Of a DNA stretch of 64,000 nt, positions 26,101-38,559 are shown in pieces (positions within the stretch are counted from its first letter, which is position 1; each line of letters begins with the position of its first letter). The stretch is from Dipteris shenzhenensis (Eukaryota): NCBI GenBank assembly GCA_047967505.1, contig CM106538.1. One strand, written 5' to 3'. A program made the translations under genes and the position numbers. Below the pieces are notes generated by a model. It worked only from the letters and a program-made list of their open reading frames with translations. It did no database searches and was not told the DNA's origin.

Positions 26101-27043
26101 AGCTGCATGCTGGCCAATTAAGTGTTTACATACTCTGAACAAAAGGGATACTCAGCGGGAAGGAGCACTCAGTGAACTGCTTGGGGAAAACTTTCTCAGC
26201 AGCTGGCAAAATGGTTGCTCTGCATGTGCCATAAACACAAAATATGAGTCCTAAAAAGGATCAGGAATAGAGGATCGCATAAGAGGGAACGACGTAAAAC
26301 AATAACACAAAAATAGCAAGGCTTACGTCAAAGCAAGAATCCCTAACGCGAAGAAGTACAGCGTGAGCACAGTGTTGATTAAGTCCTTCGGTAGGAACTT
26401 GAAAAGCAAAAAGAGCGAAAGGAGCACAGCGCTCCCAATAAAAGGGAAGCGCATTGCATGTTCTTTAGACATAGTTTCCTGCAAAAACGAAAACCCGTTA
26501 AGTAAAAATTACCACGATGTACTTGTCCATGATTTAATCATTCAATGTCAATAATATATTAAATTTCAACTTGAGATGAAATGCCCATTGTAGCGGGCAA
26601 AAAGGCATTCAACTGGAGATAAAATGCCCATTCTAGCTGGCAAAAAGGGATTTAGCCAGCAATCGCACTTACAGACGGAGGAGCCGGCTTGACTGAGCGA
26701 TAACAACCAATAAAGACAGTCAGGCACGCCGTTAGAACGACGTTCAAGTTGGGATTGACTTTGACAAAAAGAGGAGCGACGGTAATCCCTGCACATCCCC
26801 GTGACCAGAGTAAGATCTAAGATACTCAGCAGGATTTCAGGAAGGATCCGGAAAATTAAACAGATTAGGCTAAGGAAAAAACTCAAATTCCTTGATAGAA
26901 TTGTTCCAGAGCAAGAAAGCGGCAAAAGCACAAAGGATTTCACAGAAACGGTGAATGGAAATCGGCAGAGGAGGTTCAGCAATCAGGCGACGGCACTCAC
27001 CAATGAGAGCAAAGGAAGCTAGGCGCTCAAGAAACGACGCCAT
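20095..27043 (-). CDS. SPP: Signal peptide peptidase (A22B intramembrane aspartyl protease), exons 1-6 only: join(27043-27001,26788-26673,26478-26327,26219-26134,24861-24740,20145-20095)
   Basis: Spliced translation MASFLERLASFALIGITVAPLFVKVNPNLNVVLTACLTVFIGCYRSVKPAPPSETMSKEHAMRFPFIGSAVLLSLFLLFKFLPKDLINTVLTLYFFALGILALTATILPAAEKVFPKQFTECSFPLSIPFVQSIQLTLSELIAGIPATFFCLWYVVKKHWLANNVLGLAFSIQGIEMLSLGSFKIGAILL closely follows plant SPP. All introns are GT-AG with consistent phases and no stops. The catalytic YD/GxGD exons are not in the window. Confidence 0.95.
21700..21995. repeat. Degenerate short-motif array (tggttagt / ccagtta / ctaacc, both orientations) upstream of the L1 relic
   Basis: Dense recurrence of the motif and its reverse complement, including 'tggttagtgtaaccag' twice. 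Confidence 0.65.
22448..23640 (+). mobile_element. L1-clade LINE relic (ORF1 DUF4283-like region, zinc knuckle, ORF2 fragment) in SPP intron 5
   Basis: RTLVGRIVGLTPSKRQIRDWL...GRGVFLL...FLSPW; YGLPGQCL*CRQMGHLARD knuckle; downstream ...RSRWVQQGYKMTRQFFQA resembles the plant L1 ORF2 linker. Confidence 0.75.
24577..24622. repeat. (AG)n microsatellite
   Basis: Direct reading. Confidence 0.95.
24740..24861 (-). CDS. SPP: SPP exon 5
   Basis: cag|...|gtattc; IQLTLSELIAGIPATFFCLWYVVKKHWLANNVLGLAFSIQ. Confidence 0.95.
25068..25205. repeat. Perfect 68-bp tandem duplication in SPP intron 4
   Basis: 'agaggttatagggatagc...cttgactagccac' at 25068-25135 and 25136-25203. Confidence 0.95.
26134..26219 (-). 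CDS. SPP: SPP exon 4
   Basis: cag|...|gtatgt; ATILPAAEKVFPKQFTECSFPLSIPFVQ. Confidence 0.88.
26327..26478 (-). CDS. SPP: SPP exon 3
   Basis: cag|GAA ACT ATG...|gtaagc; ETMSKEHAMRFPFIGSAVLLSLFLLFKF... Confidence 0.95.
26673..26788 (-). CDS. SPP: SPP exon 2
   Basis: cag|...|gtaagt; ITVAPLFVKVNPNLNVVLTACLTVFIGCYRSVKPAPPS. Confidence 0.93.
27001..27043 (-). CDS. SPP: SPP exon 1
   Basis: ATG GCG TCG...ATT G|gtgagt; MASFLERLASFALIG. Confidence 0.85.
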
Positions 27044-27530
27044 CGATGCCAAAACCGCAGCAATCGAAATCAAAGCTTCTTCGTGGGATGCCGACCTGTT
27101 GTTGCTTTGAATACTTTTCGATGGAAGGTCGGCAGAGCTTGTTCTCGACGACCGTCCTGCTTCCGCTTCAATACTCTCTTTAGCTTTATGGAGTGTAACG
27201 TACTACACAATCATGACTTTTATCAATTAGACTCATCCTTATGTGTGCCCATTGCTCATTATGATGGAGTCTACACAAATCATTACTTAATCACACTAGA
27301 GTCATTCCACAAACTCGTCATATTTTGGCTTGCCCTCCAATAGCCATAGCAATCGTTCCCGTTCTGTAAAGCAGAAATTCGAAACTTTTAGGATTAATTT
27401 GCTTCCACAATAGTTTTGATGCTTTGATTGGCTCCTGTCAACAAGTGGGAGTTTTGTGCACTAATGGCTTTGGGACGAGTTTGGCACTGAGCATTCAAGA
27501 CTTCGGGCCCCTCGTTTTTATTGTCATTCC

Positions 27531-27556
27531 CTCTCTCTCTCTCTCTCTCTCTCTCC
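27531..27556. repeat. (CT)n microsatellite upstream of SPP
   Basis: Direct reading. Confidence 0.9.
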
Positions 27557-28099
27557 ATTCACAACCTCCTTTGTTTTACATTTTTGGGCAGGCCTTATGA
27601 GTGACAAGAGTCATTCATTTCTTTCACTTGTTATGTTTGCTTGCTTGCAGGGACTTCGAATGCATCCAATACACACCACAAGCCCACCAATGCATTTCAC
27701 AAAGATTTGCCACCATCAATCTCTTGAGCCACACTCACTCAACTGTGTTGGGAAAGTTGCCCTGTACTCAACTTCACACAGGATGAGGTTACCGAAGTGG
27801 ATTGTTTCTTGCTTAATCATGGTGGTTTGCAACATCTACTCCTATACATGCTAACGTCAGAGTACTATTGCTGTGGCATGAAATCCAGTGTTCCAATTAC
27901 TTTTGAACTAGATGGCTCATTGGTGACTATTCACTGAGGCGAAACGGGGGGCAAGGCAAGTAGTGCTCCTGTGATGGATGGCACAAATGTATTTTTTTCA
28001 AGGCCAAGTGGTATATTTGTTCTTGATTGCTTCAAAAAAGAAGTGGGAAATTCAAATTTACACCTACAGGACATAGAGATGACTAACCCAGGCATCGTG

Positions 28100-28900
28100 T
28101 CACTTAGCTCAAACCAGACTCTACCCCTATTAACCTTTACAACCTCCCTTTCCCATCCCCTTTTTTAACTTTACCACACCTCAGATACCAAGGTCCCATC
28201 TCTGGCATGGGTCTAGGACTTAGCCACCTTGTGCTTCCAAGTTGTTTTAACAATCCAACAAAAGTACTTGTTCTGAAGATGAATGTAATCAAACTTAAAG
28301 GAGAGATCCAATAATCTATCAACCTTAATAGGAATAGCAAAGGTCTATTTCAATGGAAACGATGTGATAAAGAAAGCTAAACAGTATCTCACCCTTTAAA
28401 TGTGGTTTCATCCACCAGCGTCCTTTCAAGGCATGGGACGTGTCAATCCTACTCGCTTGTAAAATGATCCCCTACCTACTTATTAGTGTAAGTGAACTCT
28501 CGAAGACCTTCATCAAGTAGATTAGCACAATCAAATCCTTGACCAAGCTACTCCATACATCAGTTTTAAGTGAGCAATAAGCCATGTTCCAATCATATGC
28601 CAACATCCATGGACCCCATGCAATTCCCTCCAGAATTCTCCCACAAGGCCACTCTTGCTCAAGTATCATTGGGGGCATAAATGTTACACATCCCCAAAAA
28701 GGGTTTTTACTATTACTTTAAGTAGGACCGTTTTCACCTAGCCGTAATGACCATTTATCTCTCTTGATACTTTTTAAGCTATATGGCTCCCATAAATTAT
28801 TAAAGCTACTCTTCCACATCCCTTTAGGCAAAGTTGATGAAGGGAGGGAAATCATATCTCTTAACAAACTCCCAAAAGAAGTTCAATTCATCACATTTAA
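28100..28900 (-). mobile_element. Degenerate L1 ORF2 endonuclease relic
   Basis: CNIYAPND (~28670-28690) and GPWMLAYDWNM (ORF 28472..28678) resemble the NVYAP and WxxxGDFN endonuclease motifs. Confidence 0.6.
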
Positions 28901-29629
28901 TTTTGTGTAATTTTAGAATGTCTAGTATTTGTTTAAGAATAAGTTAGAGAAAACCTACTTGCTTTTATGTGCTCCAACACCCATGTAGATTCCAAGAAAT
29001 CTACTCCACTACCTTTGTGGGCTTTGACCTTGCATCCCACTCTATTAACCCTCCCCTCATTTCACAAAGACCTTGAAGCGATCACATGAACCTAGAGGTG
29101 CTTCTTGGTTGCATCCTTGGCCATTTTCAACAAAAAAGAAAGGCGAGTATGAGAGAAAGAGGGCACATCTAGGTAGAGAAGGAGAGCAAAAGACGACAGA
29201 CTAATGGTACACTACATTACTTGAAAAGAATGAATTCACCTTTAGGGTTTTGGCTTTATGACTTTATAATACCATCTCTCCAAAATTTAATACTTAAACA
29301 AGGAAGCATTAATAATAAATTATTTATGTCAAAGATGATAGATCTCTTTTGAAGTTGCAAATGGAGTCTCCCCTCCCCTTGAAGTTTGTAGTAAATTGTA
29401 TGGTCTACATTGAATGCTATGTATCCTTGATTTTAAAAGTACTAGTCAATTTTGCTTTGTGAGTTTTCAATTTTGTTCCATTTGTGTCAGCACCATTTTG
29501 TTTCCTTGCATGTGGACCTTCTTTAGGAGAGGATCAACATACTTGCATTATGTCATGAAAGTGTTTTCAATGTTTCTCCAAAATTCAATGCCCAAATAAT
29601 AATGCCTAAATCTCTGTGTCAAATTTTGA

Positions 29630-30810
29630 TAATCGGTCTCTTTTACTTTGCATAGGCCTTAATGTGAGTAAGATTAAGATCTATGCAAAGTATCATACCC
29701 ATCAGATATCATTTGTATGGTTGGGAATGCATTTGTCCCATCAGATATCATTTGCATGGTCGGGCATGCATTTTTTTCCTTGTTTCTTACATGCATAAGT
29801 GTTAAAAAATATGCATCGGCATGCTTTTAGCCTCTATGTGTGTGTCTGATGGGTATGATACTTTACATAGGCCTTAATCTTACTCAAATTAAAGCGTGTG
29901 AAAAGTATCAATTTGATCAAATACCATTTGCATGGTTAGGCATGCATATTTCCTTGTTTCTTACCATGCATCATGCGTAAGTGTGAAAAGATATGCATCA
30001 GTGTGCTTCTAGCCTTTGTGTGTGTCTTCAATGGGTATGATACTTTGCATAGGCTCTAATATTACTCACATTAAGGCCTATGTAAAGTATCATACCCATC
30101 GGATATCATTCACATGGTTTGACATACATATTTTCTTGTTTCTTACCATGCATCACGCATGAGGGTTAAAAAATATGCATCGATGTGCTCCTAGCCTATA
30201 TCTCAGATGGGTATGATAATTTGTATAGGCCTTAATTTCCTTATTTCTTATCACACATCATGCATCAATGTTTAAAAATATGCATCGGTGTGTTTCTACC
30301 CTATATGTGTGTCTCCAATGGGTATGATATTTTGCATAGACCTTAATCTTACTCACATTAAGGCCTCTGCAAAGTATCATATCTATAGGCAAATATTATT
30401 TGCATGGTTGGGCATGCATATTTCCTTATTTCTTACCATACACCATGCATGAGTGTTAAAAGATATGCATCACTTTGCTTTAGGCCATGTCTCTGATGGG
30501 TATGGTACTTTCCATAGGCCTTAACCTGAGTAAGATTAAGCTTGTGAAAAGTATCATACCCATCCAATATGTTTGCATGGTTGGGCATGCATATTTTCTG
30601 GTTTCCTTTTCCCCCCCTTAACACACATCACACATGCATGTTAAAAAGTATGCATTGGTGTGCTTGAAGCTTATATGTGTGCCTTTGATGGGTATGATAC
30701 CCTCGATAGGCCTTAGTCTTACTCATATTAAGGCCTTGCAAAGTACCATACCCATCGGATATCATCTACATGGTTTGGCATGCATATTTCCTTGTTTCTT
30801 ACCCACACGT
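29630..30810. repeat. Tandem array of ~7 units (~180 bp), each containing a ~70-bp palindrome
   Basis: Consensus atgggtatgatactttgcataggccttaat-[9-nt loop]-attaaggcctatgcaaagtatcatacccat; arms start near 29644 (partial), 29849, 30031, 30207 (half), 30318, 30496, 30688. Confidence 0.92.
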
Positions 30811-31697
30811 GCCCAGGTGCATGCCTCTAGGAGAATAAAAGAAATTTGCATGTGTAAACCTATTTATGTGACAAGATTTAGAACAGTGATTAGGCCCATA
30901 GTTAGCAAGAGTCACATAAATTCTTGTGCCATTACAAGACACGAAGCTTTGCATTTGGCCTTATCCTACCAAACATCCATTAGCGACACGTGTAGTATAA
31001 AAAAAGCATGCGCATCCTAAACCAGGCGGCCTTGTGCTACTCTAGATGCAATGTAATCTAGTAAGAGGATCAACGTTTGCTTGGGTGTAGCCAATCGTGC
31101 AACTATTTTTAGGGCCATTTTATGGCCATGACGTGACGCGCTCCTGGGTGAGATTTTGAATTTTGCATGGACCTGTGCTCTCGTCGTAAATTTTCCCAAC
31201 ATCATGATGCCGCACTGGCATAATAATGCGATGCAATCTATTTATTTTAAACACCGCATAGCTCGACACGCGGCAGCTCTGCACTGCTTCGAGTAGCGTA
31301 GGACTGCCTATCATCATGCAGCCTTTTGTCGTAGCTTTGCCACCTGCCACTAAGCAGCGGGCCTATGCAGATAATGAAAATTCAAGGTTGGCTTGGAGAG
31401 ACCGTTGCGCTGGTTCTTGGCGTAATAATGAGACACAATCTATCATTCTGAACATCGTCGCATCGCAATCTCTGGCCTGACCACTTGTCATCACCTAGAA
31501 TTCAAGGTTGGCTTGGAGTGACCGCTACGCTGGTTCTTGGAGTTATGGCTCCGTTACCTATTTTTGCATATTACAAAAGGAGATCTATGTCGACCACTGC
31601 ACTAGCAAACAAAAAGAGATCTATGACAACCACCGCGCTAGTTCTTGGAGTTATATATTTGTGTACCAAGGAAAATTTATTTCCTTGTGCAACCAAG

Positions 31698-31865
31698 GAA
31701 AATGTAATTGACGATATGGGCCTTGAGGGGTCCCCTCTAGGGGCAAGAGCCATATTGACATGCCATATTTGTCCAGTGGCATCCTGGATATTGTATAATG
31801 CATGTCGATATTGCCCTTAACCCTAAAGGGGACCCCTCAAGGGCCATATCGTCAATTGCATTTTC
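31698..31865. repeat. ~170-bp fold-back (45-bp inverted arms), MITE-like
   Basis: gaaaatgtaattgacgatatgggccttgaggggtcccctctaggg pairs with ccctaaaggggacccctcaagggccatatcgtcaattgcattttc (about 3 mismatches). Confidence 0.85.
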
Positions 31866-33164
31866 TAAAGGTCTACTTCTAGATGTATCTCCATGCAAGC
31901 ACAACGGTGGGTTGTTGGAGCTATTTTAGTGCTATTTTGGCCTAAAGAAAGAAAATTTTAGCTCTACTTTATTGGTATTTTAGTCCTTGTTGCAGTAAAT
32001 CCTAAATGAGGGCAAATGTATTCCGAGCCACCACAGTGACTGGAGGCCCGATGGTGCCATCCAGATAGAAAATTGAGCAAAAGAGATTACGTTTACATCC
32101 AATAATAGGTTAGATAAAAATTAACAACAACTTATACTAAGCAAAAATTGAACAGAGTATCTCACATTTATAAAAACTCAGCAAATACTGAGAGCCTTAT
32201 AGGCCACAAAAGATTACATCTAGCGACCATAATCACTCAAATATAAAAGTTAACAACAATGCATACTGAAAGACTCAAATTGAGCAAAAGACATTATATA
32301 CATGCAAACTTAACAATTGATGAGAGCCTTAGAGACTAAAAGATTACATCCAATGAGCCAAAAGATTGTTGAGAGCCTTAGAGGCCAAAAGATTGCATCC
32401 AGCCATTGCTGAGTGGTTATGAGCCTTGTTGAGCAAGAGGAAATTTGTACAACTCAGTATTGCCACTAGCCCAAGTTGTTGCATTAAATTTTTGTAGGCA
32501 GCTAATGGAGGAGACAATGGAGAGGCCGAAGACCATGTACATTGCCAGGACTCATATTACGGCCCCCCTAACAAGATGAGAGTACTTTGCTGTGAAAATC
32601 TTGAGGCCTTTGTCGACGTCTAGGGGAAACCCATATAGAACAATGATATAGAGGCCCTCTCTGACCATGTCATCCAATGTGGTGACATGCAGATATGGGG
32701 GAATCGACCGTGGGAACGAAGGGTGTCCACTAGAGCAAGCATTTCCAATCTAGGCAAGTGCAATGCAATCACCTTATATGAGAAGGCAGATAACATTGGG
32801 ATCACGTTGCATCAAAGGGTGGTAGTAGTTACAATAATAGGCATGGTGAAGATGAGTGGGTGAGCAGTGGAGCTAATGAGCAGGGGAGCACATGACTGAT
32901 GAGAGTTGGAGGGAGCGTGGAGCAAAGTAGAGCAGGGGCGAAGGAGAGCTAGAGGAGGGTGTGTGGAGCAAAGTAGTAGAGCAGGTGTGCATGAGAGCAA
33001 TGTAGTAAAATGCCAAATGCCACAAATCTTATATATTATAAAGTTTGAGCCACCGTGGTGGCTAGAGGCCTGGTGTTCCATCCATATTAATTACAATCCA
33101 CCGCAGTGGAATCTTAGGCACCACCCTAGATGGGCAATGGCAATTAATTACAATGTGGATGGTA

Positions 33165-33810
33165 ATCATGAAGCAAATGCCCAGTGGTGGTAATTGGCAA
33201 GTGAGTGATTGCAGGCCACTGCAGTGGGGCTGGTGATTAATTGCTAGCTCGGTGGAATCTTAGCCATGATAGACGTGGTTGATGAGAGCCACCACCACAG
33301 GGCAGTAATTACCACAAAAGTAAACCATGAAGCCTAATCACCACAAAAGTAATTACCACGAAGACTAATCACCTCTAATCACTAGCCCGATGACTAGTAA
33401 TTTGCTGCACTCATAGTAATCATGCATGCAAGCCTGGTGGCGGTAACTGGTAGGTGAGTAATTGCGGTCAACGGTGGCCGGTAATTAACTGCTAGCCTGA
33501 TGGAATCTTAGCCACCACAGACGTGGCTGATGAGAGCCACCACCACCGAGCAGTAATTACTGCAAAAGTAAATCATGAAGCCTACTCACCTCTAATCACT
33601 CATTACCATGCACTCTAGTACTCTACTGAGCATGCAAGCCCGGTGGCTGGTAATTTACTACACTCATACTAATCATGCATGCAAGCCCGGTGGTGGTAAT
33701 TGGCAGGTGAGTGATTGCGGGCCACTGCAGTGGTTGGTAATTAGCTACCAGCCCATTGGAATCTTAATTGCCACCAGAGACATGGCTTATAATCTTAGAT
33801 GCCACCACCA
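33165..33810. repeat. Three diverged ~250-bp tandem units
   Basis: Recurring 'ggtggtaattggca.gtgagtgattgc.ggcc...ggaatctta' and 'gatgagagcc..accacc'. Confidence 0.8.
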
Positions 33811-36453
33811 TTGTAGGATTTGCCTACTGTTCCAACCAGCTACTCCCTCGAGCTCATGACTTCCACCCGTGGCGTAGCACTTAGAACTGCTATGATAACG
33901 CTACTTTTTCAATTTACTCTCTATTTGATTGATACAAAGAGTAGTTTAGATCATTACGTGCTCATGCCTTTATGACGGTGGACTCCATGTTTGTGTGCTT
34001 CATTCCAATCTCTGCTTCGTTCTAATCCCAGTTTGTGTACTTACAAGTTACATAGTGCATTTAATTTTTGACTTCTCCTTTCATTATGAAATGTCCACAA
34101 AGCATCAAGTCAATTATTGTGAGAGCAAACAGTGTTAACTCTTTGAAAGCCGAGACTACCTAGCCTTGACCCAATGCCTTCATTCTGACCTGCAATTTTG
34201 TATTATGGTACATTGTTTTCTAGCATATGATGCTCTCAAAGAGCTCTCGAGTCTAGAGATCTCTGGTGATAATGTTAGCTACACCGGCCCTTAGTATCAT
34301 GACTTATGATCAGGGAGACTTATGCTTGCTAAGGGCAAGATAGCAATGACATGAGTCTCCGATCTCATGTTTTGTTGCTTCTAGTTCTACCATTCTATCC
34401 CTTTACAAAACTCGGAGAGCACTTGCCTGACTATCAGCCTAGCACTTAGAGTCCACTACATGCCTTTTTATTAATATTGATTACGTAAAAGGTGAGATAC
34501 TAAAAAACCCTATTGTGGAATGATCGGATGAATGATGGATTGGGTCCTTTCCTAGGGGATGTCTTTTAAGTGAGAAGGAAGTGAGGAATGTTCACAATTG
34601 AGATATCTTTTTGAGAGGATTGAAAAGAGATATAAATAATATTGATATGAATAATTGTTTTCATTGGTCATATTACCCCTTAAAAGATGGAGCCTTGGGT
34701 ATATTTCATATATATGTTCTTAATAGAAAACGAAAGAAAAACGTGACTTCCCTTTGAGTTTCACTTTGTTCAACTCCATATTTTATAGATTCTATAGTAT
34801 TTTCATGAAAAGGGGCATTTTCATTATCTACCCTTGAGCCAAGCTAATAAAATGGAGCATTAATTCTTGGTATAGAGATGTATATTTAAGAATTTTATAG
34901 GGAATCTTCTTTTAAGAGAAGTTGTGAATATGGTGACACTAAGGTTGGTTGGACAAGGTGCATCCCATAGATGGACATGGGGACATTAATCCTAATTGGT
35001 GGTATTTATGTTGGAAATTCTAGTAGGTAATGGTGTTAAATGGCAACCCTCACTTCGGGAGTATTTCCTCACCCTCACTTTACTAAACACTTCGCTTCAC
35101 TTTTCTAAACTTACTAGAATTTTGGAAATTTGACTAGAAGAACTTATCTTGAAAATCACTTGAAAAGTGAATGTAATTGTTTTACAATATAGATTTTTTC
35201 ACACTCCTGAGTATTGTATAGAAAAACTACATGACCATTAATATTGATATATTTGATGGCCCTTACCTGTAAAGTTCTTCCCTATGATGAGATTGGTTCA
35301 TTGATGCTAAGGTTCATTGATGATGATCTAAATTCTTCCCATGGAAGAATGAAAAATGCCAAGGTTCATTGATGATGATCTAGATAGCCTTAGTTAGACA
35401 GTTTACACTCAAGATCTCTTAGCATAATCCCCTACTCTTAATGGGGTTAGGCATATATTCCTTATCAGTATTTTCCATAATGGCTTTAGACTATATAATC
35501 TTTGGGAAATTCCCTATAATACTCTTTATATAATGGATTTCCATGGTGGCATAGTTGGGTATAATAACATGGAGTTGTGTATAGTTCCATGGAATTTAGC
35601 ATGATTTTAAGTGTGAAATAATGTAAAAGCCATATAGCATGGAGTTTATCCTTTAATTTTGACCTTCTCAAGGACCTTATAGCACTTTGATGTGTGCATA
35701 AAGTTATTTGTGATACTGATAATTGGAAAATACCAACAGGATATCAAGGTAAGGTAATACTGAGGTTTGATCTGGATTTTTTGACCTTGGGAATCCCCTA
35801 GGACTTGGTTGGAACAACCATATTTATGGTTTATTTGTGATTCCCACTTATTACTTGGATTTCACTAACATTTTATATGCATTTCTTCATATCTTTAATT
35901 GCCCACCTTAGATTACTATTAAATAGTAAAATGCCAGATTTGATTATGTTAATCTAGATCGAGTGACATGGATAATAACTGCATGCTGGCATTGAAGCCT
36001 GCAGTCCCACAATTCATAGTGTACATGTTCTAAAGTGCTATGTCTGTGAATGGATGCACGTGAGTTGGCATACCTCTCCATCAGATTTGCATTGAAAATT
36101 CTAAGGAAGAAAGACGATGTTGGCATCTTCGAAGCATACTCTACAGCAGATTACCTCCAAGTACTAGTAAATATGATTGAACATTCTATTGGAGACTAGC
36201 CATCAATACAGTTGTACTTTTTGCAATGTTATGACATGAATGTGAGTATAAAAATTGACTTTCACTTTGTAACTTTGTCAGAAGGAATGATATGATATAA
36301 ATTATTCTCACTTAGGCAGTATTAAGAGAGTGGTTAGCAATGGATTACTCTCATTAAGTGTTTGAAAAGGGCAAGAGCGGATGTTTGCAATTGATTTATT
36401 TTGACATTGGAAACTGATCTAGTAGTGTAGTAGGATAGTTGTTTGATAGGCAA

Positions 36454-36456
<3 letters not shown>

Positions 36457-36489
<33 letters not shown>
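36457..36489. repeat. (AC)n microsatellite
   Basis: Direct reading. Confidence 0.95.
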
Positions 36490-36490
<1 letters not shown>

Positions 36491-37043
36491 TTTTGTGAAT
36501 ACCATTTGTATTATATTATAAGAAATTGTGAAATTGTCCCCTAGAAAAGTGGGGAGAAGTACTTACAACATCAAAAGATCTAAAGAGAGATGGATAATCT
36601 AGATCCCGTGCATGTAGGCAATCAAAGAATGATTATCATAGAGAAGCACAAGCATGTGTGCTCTTGCAAGCACGGACACACCCACATCATTGCCTCCTTA
36701 TTAGAAATGATTAAACCTTCTAGCTAGTCGAATAAGCTTATAGAACTCTAGGCCCTAATTTGACATTCCATAGCTTGGACTTGTATTGAATGAGGACTCT
36801 TTAATACACTCTAGGTGGATGGAGTATATGCCCTAACCTTGACATTTTACAACTTGGACTTATATAGGGAAGGTCACTCTTACCCTAGGCAGTCTAGTAC
36901 ACTCTACTCCCATTGTTTATCATATGTTGAACTTGTATAGAGGAAGGTTTCTCTTCATTAGTAGAAACAATAGATAACAACAACATAATATGGCTAGAGG
37001 GAGGATTAAATCATTTCCCAAGTAATGACCTCCTTGCCTCTAA

Positions 37044-38067
37044 CATTAGGGGAATTTTGAACTCAAAAAGGGCCTCTTGCATTAGGGGCTTAAGAATTGG
37101 GATTAAGCTCTAGGCCAATGAGGAGGCTAGAGCATTAGAAGAATGGAGGTTTCCTTCCTCCTCCTCATTTGGTGGAGAGGAATGGTCCCCACTCCAAGTT
37201 ACTATGATTACCAAAGGTAAAGGGATGAGGAGAAACTTGAGGATGGTTGGATCATATTTGATCCAATGGTTGTCATTTCTAAATCATATCCATTGGATTG
37301 TGCACAATCTAATGGCTATGAACCACTCATAGCTTGTTGCATTTAGAAGCGTTGGATCCTTTCTTGATCCAATAGTGTATACAAACTATCACGGTGATAG
37401 ATTGCACCCTCTTTACGTGTGGCAGATGCACAAGGGAGAATCTCTTCCCTCATAATGAGGCGGCCGCTAATTATGCAAAACCCTTGGATTGACACTTACA
37501 TATAATGGTTGACAAGAGGCGCGATATGCATGTCCTTGGATGGGGGATTAGATCCAAGGATCCACAAAAGGCACTCTACGTGAGCCCTTGGATCTACTAA
37601 AGGATTGACGATGCAAATTCACAGTCGCCTTTGCCTCCATGGTCTATGGTGTGCCCTTGGATTGACACTTGCATCTAATGGCTAATAAGAGGCATGATAT
37701 GCATGCCCTTGGATGGGGGATTAGATCCAAGGATCCACAAAAGGTGCTCTACGTGAGCCCTTGGATCTACTAAAGGATCAATGATGAGAATTTGTCGCCG
37801 CCTTTGCCTCCATGGTCTATGGTGTGCCATTGGATCAACAGTTGATCAACGTTCTAGAATAGGTGTGCAATTTGAACCATTAGATTAGAATCATGATCTA
37901 CACTTCATAAGTGGCATACAATCTTCACTTGTAAAAAAACCATCAATCCTCATTATGACACAAAAGTTTCCCTTTACCACAACGCTTTGTCCTATAGATT
38001 AAGGAATTAACCTTTTTCTTAATCTCCTCCTTATAAGGCCCTTTTTGAGCCCAAAACTCCCCTAATG
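37044..38067. mobile_element. ~1-kb MITE-like element with ~30-bp inverted ends and an internal 173-bp tandem duplication (starts 37481 and 37654)
   Basis: cattaggggaattttgaactcaaaaagggcc versus ggccctttttgagcccaaaactcccctaatg; duplicated 'cccttggattgacactt...ccatggtctatggtgtg'. Confidence 0.6.
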
Positions 38068-38559
38068 CAAGACAAAGTGAATAGGCATTGCATCTACAAC
38101 AGTAGCTCAAAGTCCTCTAGCAAGAGAACCAATATCTCTTATGTAGATGGTAGAGGTATTAGAGTGCATATCCTCATTCGATGCATGGTGGGACAAGCAT
38201 CTTATCCATAGAACAATACACCAATGTGCAAGCAACCATTGATACTCTTTGTTGGAAACAAAAACATGCTATCACTAATTATTCGAGTATATTTGAATCA
38301 AGAAAACCACTTGAAGGGATTTTCGAGCAGATGCCTAATGCATATGCCTTCCATATTCAACCACTTAATACTTAGAACTTGTATAATTTATCCAATAAAA
38401 TATATCTGCCACACTTTTTAGTATCTCTCTTCAGCTATGTGCTATCCACATTCTATTGTTTGTCTCTTCACTTACATGTTGTCTTGCACCTAGAGTAGCA
38501 ATGACTACTTATAGATGCACATCGAGAAGCATCCCATATGGTGAATTGTATAAGACTAA

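Noticed and set aside
29630-30810. CRISPR-like array (palindromic repeats with spacers)
   Set aside because: Spacers are homologous to each other, repeats are ~70 bp, there are no cas genes and the context is eukaryotic.
34000-36300. Possible very old retroelement pol relic
   Set aside because: No motif could be read with confidence; left unannotated.
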